From Felis catus (taxonomy: Eukaryota): a stretch of DNA of 64,000 nt. Below are positions 12,546 to 26,125 of this stretch, piece by piece; the stretch's first letter is position 1, and each line of letters opens with the position of its first letter. The notes beneath the pieces are model-generated. The model did no database searches. It saw only the letters and a program-made list of their open reading frames with translations, and was not told the origin of the DNA. The stretch covers positions 100,566,001-100,630,000 of the forward strand of contig NC_058373.1 of the NCBI RefSeq assembly GCF_018350175.1. The letters are read 5' to 3'. The translations under genes and the position numbers were made by a program.

Positions 12546-13979
12546 TACTTGAAAGTTACTAACAGAGTAGGTCTTAAAAGTCCTCATCATAAGAAAAAAT
12601 AATTTTTTGGTAAGTACGTATGGTGATAGATGTTAATTTTAATTACACTTACTGTAGTGATCATTTTATAATATATACAAATACTGAATCACTATGTTAT
12701 ACACCTGAAACTAATGTAATGTTATATGTCAATTACACCTTAATAAAAATGAGAAAGAAAAAAAGAAAAATGGGAAGGTTTTTGTTGATTAGAAAACAAT
12801 TGCCAAGGTCCACTTTCCACTCTGAACACTTTCTTCATTTCAGCAAAAGCCTCAATGTGGGTGGGGGAAACCTGGTAATAAAGATATTTATGTATAAAAA
12901 GCCACACTTCCACCAGGAGGCAGAGAGAACAACTGTTAAGACCTCTAAAGGACTGTTTTCAAGAACTATTTCAACCCATATTACACTCTGCATTTTATGT
13001 ATAGAAAGCAAGTCTTCACCTTTCCCTCCAGCTTAGCATGCCCCTGTAGCTTTATGCACCGGGGTCCAAGGCAGGCCTATAATTCACTGCTCTAGGAACG
13101 TACACAGCCAACCTGACTACACAGGACTTAGAGTGGAACAAAGTCATGGAGTAAGGGAAAATAAGGATGGTGGAGTATTGGTATTCAGGGGGAAGAAGAA
13201 ATCAGCAAGGATTAGATATAAGAAAAATAGAAGATATAGGAGGAGATAGGAGAGACCAGGAGGATGGAAAAGAAAGAGTGAAGATGAGGAAAAATCATTC
13301 TTAAGGTTTATTGTGAACTTAACTATTTGGGAACTCTGAATATACTCCTCATAGAATTAATGCTGTAAATAGTAGATAAGTTTCCAGGATCAGTCCCACA
13401 GAGGCCTACCTAAACCATTTGTGCCTAATATATTGATGAACTACTTCCACCAAATCATCTTTCATGATGGAAGAGGAAGGGGTTTCTCTCCCTAGTTCTG
13501 GTGTGCTCACCTCATTGGGTTCTTGCAGGGTGTACATTTTACTTTTCAGCAGCACCCCTGTGCTAACAGCAGGAGCACCTTCCCATGGGCAGCACCCCCA
13601 CCCCAAGCAGATTCAGAGCAGAAGGTCACTTGCTAGGCACCCCCAAGTCCCCAGGCACCTCCCTGTGGAAGGCCTCTCCCAGCTGTCCAGCGGGTAGATT
13701 TCCAGCCGTCCTACTGGGGTGGCACCTCAGTGACCACGGTCTCATTCTCCAACAAGGTCAGAATCTCAGGCCTGAGAGGAAATGGCCTCTTCCTGGGGTG
13801 CTCTAGCTCAGTCATAGGGGTGCTGGCTGCTGTGTGCATCTTCAAATTCTGTATTCTTCACAGAGTTCTCTTTGCCCTGTTCATTCCTCCAATAATTATG
13901 TTACAATTTCTCTGGTGAAATTACTGTGTGTTTTTGCTCCTTATTGGACTCTTAACTGATATAACAAGATTTTCACAGA

Positions 13980-14367
13980 AAAAAAACCAACCCCAAATAG
14001 TCAATAAATACATAGCATGAAATATACTCAGATTCATTAGTAAGCAGAGAAAGATGGAATCTGAAACAGTGCCATTCCTAGGTATATACTCTAGAGAAAT
14101 TCTGGCACATCTGCACAGGAGATGTATATAAAACTGTTTATTACAGCACTGTTCATAATAGTGAAAAATTGCAAACAACGGCTTGCCCAAAGAGGAAAAC
14201 AAACTGTGGTATATTCATACAATATAACACTACTATTCGAGGTAAAAATGAATAGCTGGAGTTACATGATTCAGCATGGATAAATCTCAAAAACCTAACC
14301 TGAACCAGAAAGCAAATTGCAGAAGGAAACAAACAGAAATGGCATTTACATAAAGCCAAAACAAGCG

Positions 14368-14425
<58 letters not shown>

Positions 14426-14640
14426 CCTATGGATATAATAATCTAAAAAGTGTATGGAAATGAATAACAGACGAAGGAGGGTGGTTACTTCTGGACTGAA
14501 GAAAGGGGAATAGAAAGGGTCACAGAAGAGATATTAATTATAATCTGCAATGTTTAATTTGTTAAGCTAAATGACAGGGAGTACTGATTGCTGGTTATGT
14601 TATCTAGCTCTTTTCATATACTTGAGATATTCAAAATAAA
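13980..14640 (+). mobile_element. Old L1 (L1ME-like) 3' fragment
   Basis: CCATTCCTAGGTATATACTCTAGAGAAAT...CAGCACTGTTCATAATAG...CAGCATGGATAAATCTCAAAA. Confidence 0.75.
14365..14420. repeat. (GC)n(AC)n compound microsatellite
   Basis: About 6 GC units followed by about 22 AC units. Confidence 0.95.
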
Positions 14641-14661
14641 ACCAGTAATTAATAATAAATT

Positions 14662-14780
14662 GGGGGCACTTGGCTGGCTCAGATGGTAGAGTATGTGACT
14701 TTTAGTCTCAGGGTTATAAATTCAAGCCCCTGTGGTAGGTATAGAGATTACTTAAAAATAAAGTCTTAAAAAAAAAAAAG
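14662..14780 (+). mobile_element. Short old CanSINE (SINEC_old-like)
   Basis: GGGGCACTTGGCTGGCTCAG...GTATAGAGATTACTTAAAAATAAAGTCTTAAAA; similar copy at ~44926-45035. Confidence 0.8.
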
Positions 14781-15381
14781 GTGGGGGAGGTGGTTGTGAA
14801 AAAATAATAAACTGACAGTTCTCAGAGGGTGGGTGATAAAATAAAAAATGTATTATGTACGCAAAGGAAGTTTTATTGGTAAATAGAATGAAAGGTAGTA
14901 TATTAGGATCTTGATATCAAAATATTACCTTCCATTTGAATACCTGAATACTTGTTCATTCACTGCACAAGAAACTATAATCTGGAAGAATAATGTAGGA
15001 CAAAAATAATTACACAATCATTACCCTAATCATCATTTAGCTTGGTCACAATGTTATAATTGCAAAACTGGGTTCAGAGTTAGCAATCACACAAAATTCC
15101 ATCTTATGAAAGACTTACACCTCAAAACATAGCCAGGCCCATATCTGAAAGTAACAATTACATTAGGAATACTAAATTATGTTTAGGCAAGAGCTACTGT
15201 CAATAATATCTACTACTCACCAAGTTTAAAACAATTTCTTAGAGGTGAGAAACTCAGGGCAATTTAATATACCCTAAATACTGCTTGCTTCTTTTGATTC
15301 AGGGAACACGGCCCTTTGTGTTTTAGAACCTTATATATTTCTTAGTTCTTCTATAAAGTTTAATAAGCAATTTACTGTTCT

Positions 15382-15753
15382 TGTATTGGTTTGTTGGGGC
15401 TGCCATAACAAAATACCACATTCTGGGTGGTTTAAACCAGAGAAATTTATTTTCTCACAATTCTGGAGGCTAGAAGTTCAAGATTAAGGTGTTTTCATCT
15501 TTCGTTTCTCCTGAGGCCTCTCTCACTACAAACCCACATGGTCTTTTCTTTGTGCACATGCATCCCTCCTGACTTGTTCTGTGTCCAAATTTCCTCTTCT
15601 GATGACACCAGTCAAACTGGGTTAGTGCCTACTCTAATAGCTTTATTTTAACTTAATCATCTCAGTAAAGGCCCTATCTCCACACACAGTCACATTCTGA
15701 GGTAGTGATTAGGGCTTTACCATTTGTGGGGAGGACAAAATTCAGCCCACAGC
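15382..15753. mobile_element. MLT1A-type MaLR LTR
   Basis: GGGCTGCCATAACAAAATACCAC...AATTTATTTTCTCACAATTCTGGAGGCTAGAAG...AATTCAGCCCACAGCA. Confidence 0.88.
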
Positions 15754-16384
15754 AGTTCTCAAAAATTTTTATGACATGATCCTTTCAGGTTTTCCCATTG
15801 CATTTTCATCCTTTTCTCAAATTTTAATTCAAAGGCAGCAGATTTAAGTGCTGTTCGCAATCTCATTTCAAATGGAGAAAAAGCTTTAAATCATTGGCTC
15901 TTTTGTCTTTAGCCTTCCACGTTTAATATTTGGGTGGGTCTAGGCAATGCAGAATTTTACATGCTTAGGAAAAAAGTTCTCTAGGTCCTTGGCTAGTTAA
16001 AAAAATGTTTGATATAATATGTGTGGATATGAGAAAAAAAAACTGTGCCAAAAATGGAGTATATAACATGAAAACAGACTTTTGAATTGTTAATGTTAAT
16101 TTTAGCTTAGTGGAGATAATCAGTTCAATACCATGGCCATATTCCATCAGATTATTAAATCAAAAGAATATGAATTAACAAATTTGACCTTTCAGAATCA
16201 GCAAAGTATCATTCTCTTTCTATGCTGTACATGTTTCTCACAGTTTTAACATTGGTTCTCTCAAACTTGGCCAACTATCAGAATCACTTTAGGAATTAAG
16301 TTAAAAAACAGATTTTCCAGATTTCTTTCTACATACTTAATAGATCATAACCTTCTGGAGATGGGATTCAGAAATACGTATTTT

Positions 16385-16559
16385 TAAAAACTTTATTTAT
16401 TTTGAGAGAGAGAGAGAGAGAATGAGAATCCAAAGCAGGCTCCCAGATGTCAGCATGCATGGAGCCCAGCATGGGGCTTGATCCCACGAACCATGAGATC
16501 ATGACCTGAGCCAAAACTAAGAGTTGGATGCTTAACCAACTGAGCCACCCAGGCACCCC
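16385..16559 (-). mobile_element. CanSINE inside a MER5-like relic
   Basis: Antisense head CTGAGCCACCCAGGCACCCC; imperfect TSD CAGAAA(T/C)A(C/T)(G/A)TATTTTT. Confidence 0.9.
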
Positions 16560-16879
16560 AGAAACATATATTTTTTAAAAGTTCTCCAGGTTGTTATTGT
16601 AAAGCAAAATACTCAGAAGTGAACACTAGTTCCCAACCAGCTTAAATTAGTAATCACCAAAAATATTTTGAGCACATTCTCATACATACTTATTTCTAAA
16701 TTATGCATATGTATTACTGTTCTACATATATTACATACATTAGAAAACATTCAAAAATAGAAAACTTGAAGGGATGAAATAGAAAGTAAATACAAATTCA
16801 AACATTTTCATTTAACATCCCCAATAGAGTGTTTGCGTGTACATTTCAGAGACCCTGGCTTAAATTGAGATCTTTGCAT

Positions 16880-17660
16880 CTTTAATTGCAATACTGTTTT
16901 CTTCTGATCTCCAGACCTATGTATCCAACTGCCCACTGGATGCTTTCTATCTGGGTGTGCAATAGGCACCTTAAATGCAATATATAGACATAAACTACTA
17001 TTCACCCTCCTTCTGCCACCCCAAGGTGAACTTGGGTAGGAAATCTTTTCTTCCTCCATAATCCACCCAAGTTAAAAACATTAGGGATAAGTTGGATTAC
17101 CCTCCCTCTTACTCATATGGCATTGACAGTGTATATTCTACTTCCTTAACATCTTCCTCCAACCTTCTAATAACCATTCAAAAATGTTGCCTTAGACCCT
17201 GCTTCTCTCTTGAATATTACAATAACTCCTTTACTACTCTTCCTGATTATGACATCACATTTCCAGATTTCCATTTATCTTCTGTACTGCTGCCAAAGTC
17301 ATAACCTCAAAATGCAAATCTGATCAAGGTATTGCCCCATTTTATGCCTTCCAGTGTTGTATTCTCACATGATAAATCTAAATTTCCAGTATGAAAAAAG
17401 ACTGATCTAGTCTTTGGTTACCTATATCCAGTTCCTTTCTTCTACCCTTTTCTCCCTTATTCCCAATGCTCTTGCCCGAGAGAACCTCGAGTCCTCTGAA
17501 TGTATGAGTCCTTCTTCAAGAATCCAGGCCAATAACCATTCCCTCTGCCAATAACACCCTTTAAGATCCAAGTCAAGTATCTACTTCTCTGGAAAGCTTT
17601 TTGCAAACTTGAGGTAGAGATGATCCCTCTTTTCTGTTACCTAACAGACACTAGATGAAT
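16880..17660 (+). mobile_element. L2 fragments
   Basis: CTCCAGACCTATGTATCCAACTGCCCACTGGA; CAAAATGCAAATCTGATCA. Confidence 0.65.
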
Positions 17661-18214
17661 ATTTATAGAATGAAAGTAATAAAATGTGATCTGATGAGTT
17701 AAAAAAATATTGAAAGAAAATAATTCACATTATAAGAGAGAAGCACAAAGTTTCGGAAGATGGCAAACAAATGTCAGTTGGTCAAAATAGTTTCTCTTTA
17801 GGTGGGTTCAGTGGCTATAAATGAGATGTGATCATTTCAGAATGTAAGCTCTAAATTGGGTCAAAAATCAAAAGAAAAGCTAAAATCTTTTGTAAAAAAG
17901 AGGAACAAGGGAGAAAAGAAAGATTCATGTAGTCAAAATTCAGAATGCTAACAAGCATAAAAACAAAAATGTGAACATATGCAAAAAGAACCTGAAGAAA
18001 ACATTTAAAAAATTCCTAAGCCTAAAGTCACAAGAAACTTGAGGAATATATTTAAAAATCATCAAATAGAAGGAATAAGGAGCAGTAAAAATGGGCAAGT
18101 GATTTTTACATAGGTTACAAAATAATCTAAGATATTAAGTATTACTGGCATATAATCTTCACATCTGCTCAGATGCTACAATCTGTGAGGTCACAGATGG
18201 TATACAGGTGAAAG

Positions 18215-18380
18215 GGAACTGGTTAAGACTCAGAAGGCTTGGCCTAATTCTAGTTCCATTATTAACTTCTCTCTGTATCCATCGGTAACATGAGGATATT
18301 CTATCTCATTGCAAGGTTATAATAGGGATTAATAAAACAATGTATGTGAAAGCACTCTGTAAATTATAAAATACCATTCC
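18215..18380 (+). mobile_element. MIR
   Basis: ATAGGGATTAA...ATGTATGTGAAAGCACTCTGTAAATTATAAA. Confidence 0.6.
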
Positions 18381-19191
18381 TAATTATGGTGTTACTCTAA
18401 TTCACCTAACACCTTTTAAAGTTTCTAAAACCACACGCAGTGGTTAAATCTGGCTAGATCAAGACTAGCTTTCTAGAATCCTCAAGCCATTTGGCTTAAC
18501 TAAGCTCCCTTTTCCCCTGCCATCTCTTCCAAAATGAAAACCTCACACTATGACAACTGGTGAAATCCAAAAACTAAATATAAGCTTAAAACCTACAGAT
18601 GAGATCACTGCAGACATACTGTGACTGGCAGGTTAATCCAGTGCTCTGATTTATTTCCCACTGATACCAGTGAAGGGGGGGGGGGGTTCCTTTGATGTGA
18701 AAACAGATCCTCAAGAGTCTGTTTTTACATGGAGCTGTAAGAAATAGAAAAAAAAAAAGATGGAAACTAGGAAGCATGAGAAATTAAATGTAGCAGTTGG
18801 TTTGGTAGGCTGAATGTAATATGCCAGCAGAAAGAGGCAGTCTAACAAGTCTAACAAACACTTCTACCCTATAGCCCAAAAAAACAGCTGCAGAAGACAC
18901 CTTGATTCTCATTCCGTATGGCAAACAGCCGATTGACCCATGTTAGCTCACTAAAGGTGTTACTGTTGTCCATTCCAACACTCCTGGGCAGAAAGACACA
19001 TACAATATGAGAGTAATAGGTTGTGCCTAACAAAAAGAGACATAAAAAAGACCACCAAGAATGTAAAGAGTAAATCAGTTTGCTAAATTGGAAGAACAGA
19101 CTTCTATTTCTAGTCATGATGGAGTAATGCACACTGGGTTTGCTGCCCCACCTTAAACAACTAGAAAATCAGATAAAATATATGGAACAAT

Positions 19192-19408
19192 GGGGCGCCT
19201 GGGTGGCTCAGTCGGTTAAGTGGCTGGACTTCTGGTTTCAATTCAGGTCATCATCTCACGGTTTGTGAGTTCGAGCCTGTAATCAGTCTCCATGCTGACA
19301 GTGTAGAGCTTACTTTGGGATCCTGTCTCCCTCTCTCTCTGCCCCCTCCCCTGCTTGCTTTCTACCTCTCTCTCTCAAGAATAGTTTAAAAAAAAATCTT
19401 TAATAAAA
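19192..19408 (+). mobile_element. CanSINE
   Basis: GGGGCGCCTGGGTGGCTCAGTCGGTTAAG head, (CT)n region, A tail. Confidence 0.92.
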
Positions 19409-20778
19409 AATAGGTATGAACGATGATTTTCAGATATTGCACAACAGGCAGAAGACCGTGATCATGGGAGAACTCCTGCAGCTGCCCAAGCTCAGTGGCT
19501 GGGGCTTCTGTTCTGCAACACCGGGAGAGATAACCCAAACAGAGCCTGGCAGTCTTGCTCAGATGCCAAATGGCTCAGAGTGCAGAGAGGCCAAGGTAGA
19601 TAGAATCTGTGGGGTAAAATATTGGTAAATAGAGGGCTATACAGAAAGACAGTGCTGAAGATCTCTAGAGGAGTTTCTTTGAGACTTTGGTCAAAAACTT
19701 ATCCATGCACACATGGGAGAAAACGATCTGAGGCCAAGGAAAAAGGCCACTGGAAAGGAGTAAGTGTACCAATCTTTAGAGCTCATATAATGCTGGGAAA
19801 AGTTCAAGTTCCAGTGATCAAGAGTAAAAAAGACCTGATTCCCTAGGGCCTGAGTAATGTCCTCAGAAAGGTATTACCTTAGTGGTCAGGATAAATGGTC
19901 CCAAAACTAAAGGCAGCTCTGACCACCTTAATAAAGGTCAAAAGAAAGCCTTGATAGGATCAAACAAATTTGAACTTAACTGTGTACTAGAGAAAAGCCC
20001 AACAATATTAAAGAAATCCTACAAAATCCAGCACACAACAGGAAATTCACAGTATCTGGTATCCAAAAACAAAAACCAAAAAACAAGTGTTAAAGCAGCA
20101 CAAAAATCTAACCCATAACCGAAGAAAAAGTCAGCCAATGGCAACAGATCCAGAAACAACACAGATGGTAAAATTAGCAGACTAACAATATTAAAACCAT
20201 TACACTCTGTAGATTCAAGAAGGTGGAGGAAAACATGAACGTGATGAGGAAGGGCATGGAAGATATAAAAAATACTTAAACTGAATTTCTGTAGATGAAA
20301 AATAACAACATCAGAAATAATAAATATACCAAATGAGAGCAACTGTGGATTACAAATTGCAGAAGACCAGTGAACTTCTTGAAGTTTATAACAAAGCAAA
20401 AGACCATTCAAAAACATAACAATAGAAACCATCCAAAATTAAATACAGAGTAAAAAGAAATTGCTAAAACAGAAAATGCACAAAGCTATAAGACAGTATC
20501 AGGCAGGCTAACATACATGTAGTAGGAATCCCAGAAAAGGGGTAGGGTAAACAGAAAAAAAATTTTTTTTCAGGGAAGTAATAGCCAAATATTTCCCAAA
20601 TTTGATGAAAACTATAAACCCACAGTTCCTAGAACCTCAAAAAATCCTCTGCAGAAGAAATATGAAGAAAGGCACACCAAGACACATAATCAAATTGGGG
20701 ATGGAAAAGCTGCCAGAAAAAAAGATGACATTGAGAAGAAAAAGTAACAGGATTTTCTCATCAGAAAATATACAGATG

Positions 20779-20975
20779 AGGGGCACCTGGGTGGTTCAGT
20801 CAGTTAAGCATCTGATTTCGGCTCAGGCCGTGATCTCACAGTTTGTGAACTGAAGCCCTACAGGGGCTCTGCGCTGACAGCTGGAGCCTGCTTGGGATTC
20901 TTCCTTTCTCTCTGCTCCTCCTCCCCCCAACCCCCGCTTATGCTTGCTCTGTCTCTCAAAATAAACTGACAAAAA
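20779..20975 (+). mobile_element. CanSINE
   Basis: GGGGCACCTGGGTGGTTCAG head; approximate TSD AGAAAATATACA. Confidence 0.9.
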
Positions 20976-23260
20976 GAGAAAATATACAAATGAAAGACAA
21001 TGAAGTGACATGTTTAAGTTCTGAAGGGGGAAAAATGTTAACCTAGGATTTTATATCCAGCAAAAATATCTGTCAAAAATGAGGAAGAAATAAAGACTTT
21101 TAAAGAGAAAAGCCAAGAAAATTTCTCATCAGCAAATATGCACTAAGAGAAAAGGTAAAGGAAGGTCTTCAAGCAGAATTTCCATAAAGGAATGAAGAAC
21201 AATAGAAATGACAAATATCTGGTAAATATAAGACTTTTTTTTTCATTGAAATAAATCTCTTAAAAATTGACCTCTTAAAGCAAAAACGATTTTGGGGTTT
21301 ATAACATATGTAGGAGTAAAATGTGTAGCAATAGCCAAAATGGTTGTGAGGGTAAATGGAAGTACACTAATAAGGTTCTTTCACTCTACATGAAGTGACA
21401 AAATAATTTCTGAAGTCAGACTGTGACAAGTTAAAGATGCACTCTGAAAATCCTAGAGTAACCACTACAAAAATAAAAACACAAGAGTATAACTGAATCT
21501 CAGTCTTTGCTTAGAATGTAGAAAGCTAGAAGACCATTGCTCTTACCCTTCAAACAAAAGACATACATTTAATTTCTAAAACTGTAATTTTTCTCAAAAT
21601 TTTCAGAGACCCGAGGTCACAGGGCAACTAACTATACAATATCTAAGACAGGAAGAAACTAGTTATGAGTACTTGCTTGTTAGGGGTAGATACCAGATGT
21701 CATAAAAGTGAGTAAAAAGATTTCAGCTAAAATTTTTTTTAACAAATTGCTAATGGTAAAGTGGGCTACAGTGAGAGCATAGGATCCCTGGGGCCTCAGA
21801 CACAGAGTAACTGCATCCCCTTGCACATTCTTCTTCAAAAACTTTACAAAAAGCTCCTAAGAATGACTGGGACAAGGATGAGAAACCTGAAAAAGGTGCA
21901 TGGTGCAGGCCTGGAGGAGGGAACGGCAGCAGCTATGGGAAAAATATGAAGCTTTGCCTGGGTCTTTCCTATCTCACCTATGGAACAAATGACGTAAGTG
22001 ATCGTTAGAAGGGCAGAAAACACTGTTGCTTTTAGGGCACAGATGAAGACCCACAGCAGCTGGAAAAAGGCACTAGAAAAAAACCCTTGGTGTCGGGGCA
22101 GGGCACTGTCCTGGGTCTTGACCATGAGGTTTCCTACAGCTGGGGTAGAGGCAGAATCACTAAGAAGGACCCATTCTCAAGATTCAGATACTGTGCCTAA
22201 GAATGAGGCTGAATCAGAACAAAGAATGCCCCTTCTCCACTCTCCTACCATCATCACCAATATAGCAAGCATTTAATCTACTGCTGGGGGAGGAAAACAG
22301 CATGGAGAAAAACTCTGTGGCAAACCAGCCCTCACCCTAAATAGAAGTTAATGCCAGGGGACTTTGAAGCCTGTGGTGCATTGATGATAACAGCTATAGT
22401 GACAAAACCCAAACCCAGCCTAACTCTCAACCAGATTGATCAATCTCTCATACTAAAGGCCGAGCAAAAGATAAGGTGTAACTATTTCTAGGCTAATTAC
22501 ACTACTGTCCTATACAAGATGTCCAGCTTTCAATAAAAAGTTGAGACATACAAAAAAGCAAGAAAGAAAACATACCATCAATAGACAAAACAACAGAATT
22601 AGATCAGAGATGTCCCAGATGTTGGAATTATTAGAGAATTTAAAATAACTGTGATTAATATGCTAAAGGCTCTGGTGGAAAAGGTGGGCAACATGTATAA
22701 TCAGATGGATATCAGCACAGAGATGGAAACTACAAGAAAGAATAAAAAATTGGTAGAAATTAAAAACACAGGAAGAGAGATAAAGAATACTTTTGATGGG
22801 TTCATCAGTAGACTCAACACAGCTGAGGAAAGAATCAGTGAATTTGAAGTCAACAGAAGTTATCCAAACTGAAACAAACACACACAAAAGTGGTAGACAA
22901 AAAACAGAATAGAGCATCCAAGAGCTGTGGGACAATACCAAATGATCTAATACATGTGTAATTATAATCCAAAAATATCACAGAACACCAACCAGGAAAA
23001 ATATGAAAAAGGTATCCCTAAAAGAGAATCATAACAAATAATGCAAAAGAAGGCAGAAAAGGAAAAAAGGAACAAAGAATAATGGTACGAATAGAAAAAC
23101 ACTAGCAAGATGGTCAATTTAAACTCAAATGTAGCATTAATCATATTAAATAAAAATGGCCTAAAACACCAAATAAAAGTCAGCATTTGTCAGAACAGAG
23201 TTTAAAAAGCAATATCTAAGATGTCTAAAACACATGCAGGTTTAAAAGTAAAAGAATAAG

Positions 23261-23484
23261 GGGGCACCTGGGTGGCTCAATCGGTTAAACGTCTGACTTC
23301 GGTTCAGGTCATGATCTCACAGCTCATGAGTTCGAGCCCCGCATCAGGCTCTGTGCTGACAGCTCAGAGCCTGGAGCCTGCTTCAGATTCTGTGCCTTCG
23401 TCGCTCTCTGCCCTTCCCTGATTTGCGCTCTCTCTCTCTCTCTCAAACATAAATCAACATTAAACAAAAAAAGTAAACAAAAAC
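23261..23484 (+). mobile_element. CanSINE
   Basis: Full head and tail; TSD AAAAGTAAAAGAATAAGG. Confidence 0.93.
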
Positions 23485-24161
23485 AAAAGTAAAAGAATAA
23501 GGCATATTATACAAATACTAAATCAAAAGAAAGTTGAGTGTCTAAATTAGTTTCAAAGTGGACACCAATATAAGAAATAAACAAGAGATAAAGGGGGACA
23601 TTTCAAAATGATCAAGGCTTTATTTCATCAAAAGGATACAACAATCCTCAATGTGTATGCATCTAATAACAGAGCTTCAAAATATAAGAAACCAAAATCA
23701 ACAGAACTAAAAGAATAAATCCACAATTATAGTTGAGGACTTCTTCCTCCTCAATAATTGACAGAATGAGTTTACAGAAAATCAATAGAAATATGGAAGT
23801 TTTAAACTGGAAAGGCAGAGCAGAAATAGGTAAAAGAAAAACAAAGATGAAATAAAGATACCAATTTGTGGGTCAAAGGCTGGTTCCTCGTGAACCACCT
23901 AAAATACAGCCTTGGAGTGGCTGAACTGGTTATTCTCAGATTGAAAATGAAGAAAACCTAAGATGAGGCATTTGAGAGCCATTTAGACTGGAGGAATTAA
24001 TGAACTGACAAAGTTATCAATGCGAGGTCTATAAACCCCCTGCTTTGGTATATACTTGAGGTATATATTAAACAGAATTACTTGAGGTATATATTAAACA
24101 GAAAGATTCACAGATCTCTTGACTCTAATCTCCAAGGATGAGATCTAAAAATCTACATTTT

Positions 24162-24350
24162 AAAAAAAATTATTTTTTTGAGAGAGAGAACGTGAGCAGG
24201 TGAGGAGCAGAGAGAGACAGGGACAGAGTATCTGAAGCAGGTTCTGAGCTGTCAGCACAGAGCCCAATGTGAGGCTCAAACTCACAAACTGAGAGACCCT
24301 GACCTGAGCTGAATTCAGACACTCAACTGACTGAGCCACCTAGGCACCCC
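24162..24350 (-). mobile_element. CanSINE within a MER5-like relic
   Basis: TSD TAAAAATCTACATTTT on both sides. Confidence 0.92.
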
Positions 24351-24879
24351 TAAAAATCTACATTTTTAATAATCTTCCCAGTGACTGTTAGGCTTGATGA
24401 AAGTACTGCAAAGTACTGGTCTAAGATTGGATGCCATTCCACAGGCAAGGGAACCCAGTAAAGGTGATTGAAAGGCTGAAGTGTATTTCACTGTCCTCAC
24501 CACACTGAAAGGTCTTAATTTTATTCAACGTCAGAGTCTACAAGAGGACTTAAGGTCCCTGTAATGTGGTACTTCATTGTGATTCCCAGAACTCTGGAGG
24601 GAGAATGGTGGTGGTGGGTAAGATTAAGGAGGTTTAAAATGAACACAGAGATCTATCTACAGAAAAGGGTGAGGGAGGGGGAAGGGGGAGGGGCTATGTG
24701 TGTACATATGTGTTAAGGGTGTATATGGTCATCACATTTAAGGCTGAAATAATTTTGGTTGAGCCATATATTCCCACTCTTCTTTTTCCCAAATAAAATA
24801 GGTCAACCACACACTTTTTAATTTCCAGAAGCTAGGTTTCTTGTTTAATAGCCAATATATCAGCATGGCTTAAATATAA

Positions 24880-25110
24880 TAGCTAACACTTATTGAACCA
24901 GGTACTATGCTAAGTACTCTACATATGTGAATTTTAACAGAATCTTTATAACCACCTCACAAAGCAGGAATTATTATCCCATTTACACAGGAGAAACTGG
25001 GCCATGGAGAGATTATAACTTGCCTCAAGTCATATGGCTATGATAAATCAAGGATTCAAACTGAGGGAAACTGGCAACAAAGATCTGTTTTCTGAGCCTA
25101 CTCAGCTTTT
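24880..25110 (-). mobile_element. MIR
   Basis: TTATCCCATTTACACAGGAGAAACTG...AACTTGCCTCAAGTCA. Confidence 0.75.
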
Positions 25111-25879
25111 ATTGCCAGTGCTGGTGAGAGATGGCTCCTTCAAATCCCTGGACTAAAGGTAGATTCGTATCTGAAGCTAGATCTTGCTCTTGGTGCCAGA
25201 ACCGAGCTGCCATTCCTACCACTACTGGTTCAACTGCAGGTCAATTAAGAGGAATCGATTCCTTCAAAATTTTCATATTGAAGTCTCCACTGTAAAAGGA
25301 ATTATGGGCCACTTCTTTCTTGCCAGCATGGCAAAAGACCAAGAACACTACTGGCTCTGCCTCAACTGAAAACTGAGCAGTCTTTTAGAAAGCCGTCAAC
25401 TTCTCTATTGTATTAAAAATCCTGGTAGCTGGTGGAGATGTTCTATTAAATGGGCTTTGGGGGTGAAGTCAGTACCTCCCACAGCTGGTGACAGGATCCG
25501 CATACCAAAAAAAGTAGATGCTCAAAAACTTAGAATACTTTCATGTGAAGGAATTCCTCCTTTCCCACAGTCAGTAGATTTGTAAGAGAACCGTGCACAC
25601 CTCTGATGCACAAACCAGGAAAGCTCAAGACAGCAGCACAGCTCTTTCTGGGACCTGAAAGACTAGGCAAAAATCCGTCAGGGTTTCTCATAGGAGCAAG
25701 CGACAGTTCACAAGGGGTTCTAGGACTGTGCCTAATTGAGAGTCGATTACCAAGAGTCAAGGCTAAAGAAAAGGTTATGTCAGGAAAGAGACTACAAATT
25801 GAATAGGAGAGCTGAAAGCCAAGAATGTCAAGTGGGTTGTAAATTTGAAAGGACAGAAGAGGCAGGAAAATGGAGAAGT

Positions 25880-26125
25880 AATAACACTAACTGTTATATA
25901 GAACTTACTATCTATCATGAGATGTTTCAAGATCTTTGAATATTTTAACACATTTACTACAATAATCCTAGGAGGTAGGTCCTATTATCCACATTTTACA
26001 GAAGGAACTGGGGCACAGAGAATTTAAGTTGCCCACAGACAGTATATGGCAGAGCTGGGATTCTGACCCAGACAGGTGACTCCAGTGGTCATTTACATTC
26101 ATGAACAAGATACAATGCTGCCTCT
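25880..26125 (-). mobile_element. MIR
   Basis: GGAGGTAGGTCCTATTATCCACATTTTACAGA...GGCAGAGCTGGGATTC. Confidence 0.75.

Larger units (their letters stand above)
9510..12770 (+). mobile_element. L1MA9-like 3' end, interrupted by a SINE and by Tigger1
   Basis: GCAGCATTATTTACAATAGCCAAGATATGGAAG; sequence ...ATAATATTATTGTA resumes after Tigger1 as CTTGAAAGTTACTAACAGAGTAG...; A-rich tail ~12745-12770. Confidence 0.85.
19110..23790 (+). mobile_element. Cluster of old L1 5'UTR/ORF1/ORF2-start relics (probably two elements, break near 21480-21500)
   Basis: ORF1-like peptides (KTINPQFLEPQK..TPRHIIK; INMLKAL..GFISRLNTAEERISEFE); ORF2 endonuclease-like text ACAATCCTCAATGTGTATGCATCTAATAACAGAGCTTCAAAATA; strong A bias. 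Confidence 0.8.

Noticed and set aside
13430..13930. Moderately GC-rich stretch considered as a processed pseudogene or exon
   Set aside because: No coherent reading frame, poly(A) or TSD; looks like an old LTR-type relic that I cannot name reliably.
14662..14740. tRNA-like sequences at SINE heads
   Set aside because: These are tRNA-derived CanSINE heads with degenerate A/B boxes, not tRNA genes.
25184..25369. ORF containing QNFHIEVS, similar to DDHD1 exon 2 ENFDIEVS as I recall it
   Set aside because: Wrong strand for the gene, similarity limited to about 8 residues, flanks do not match; most likely chance.
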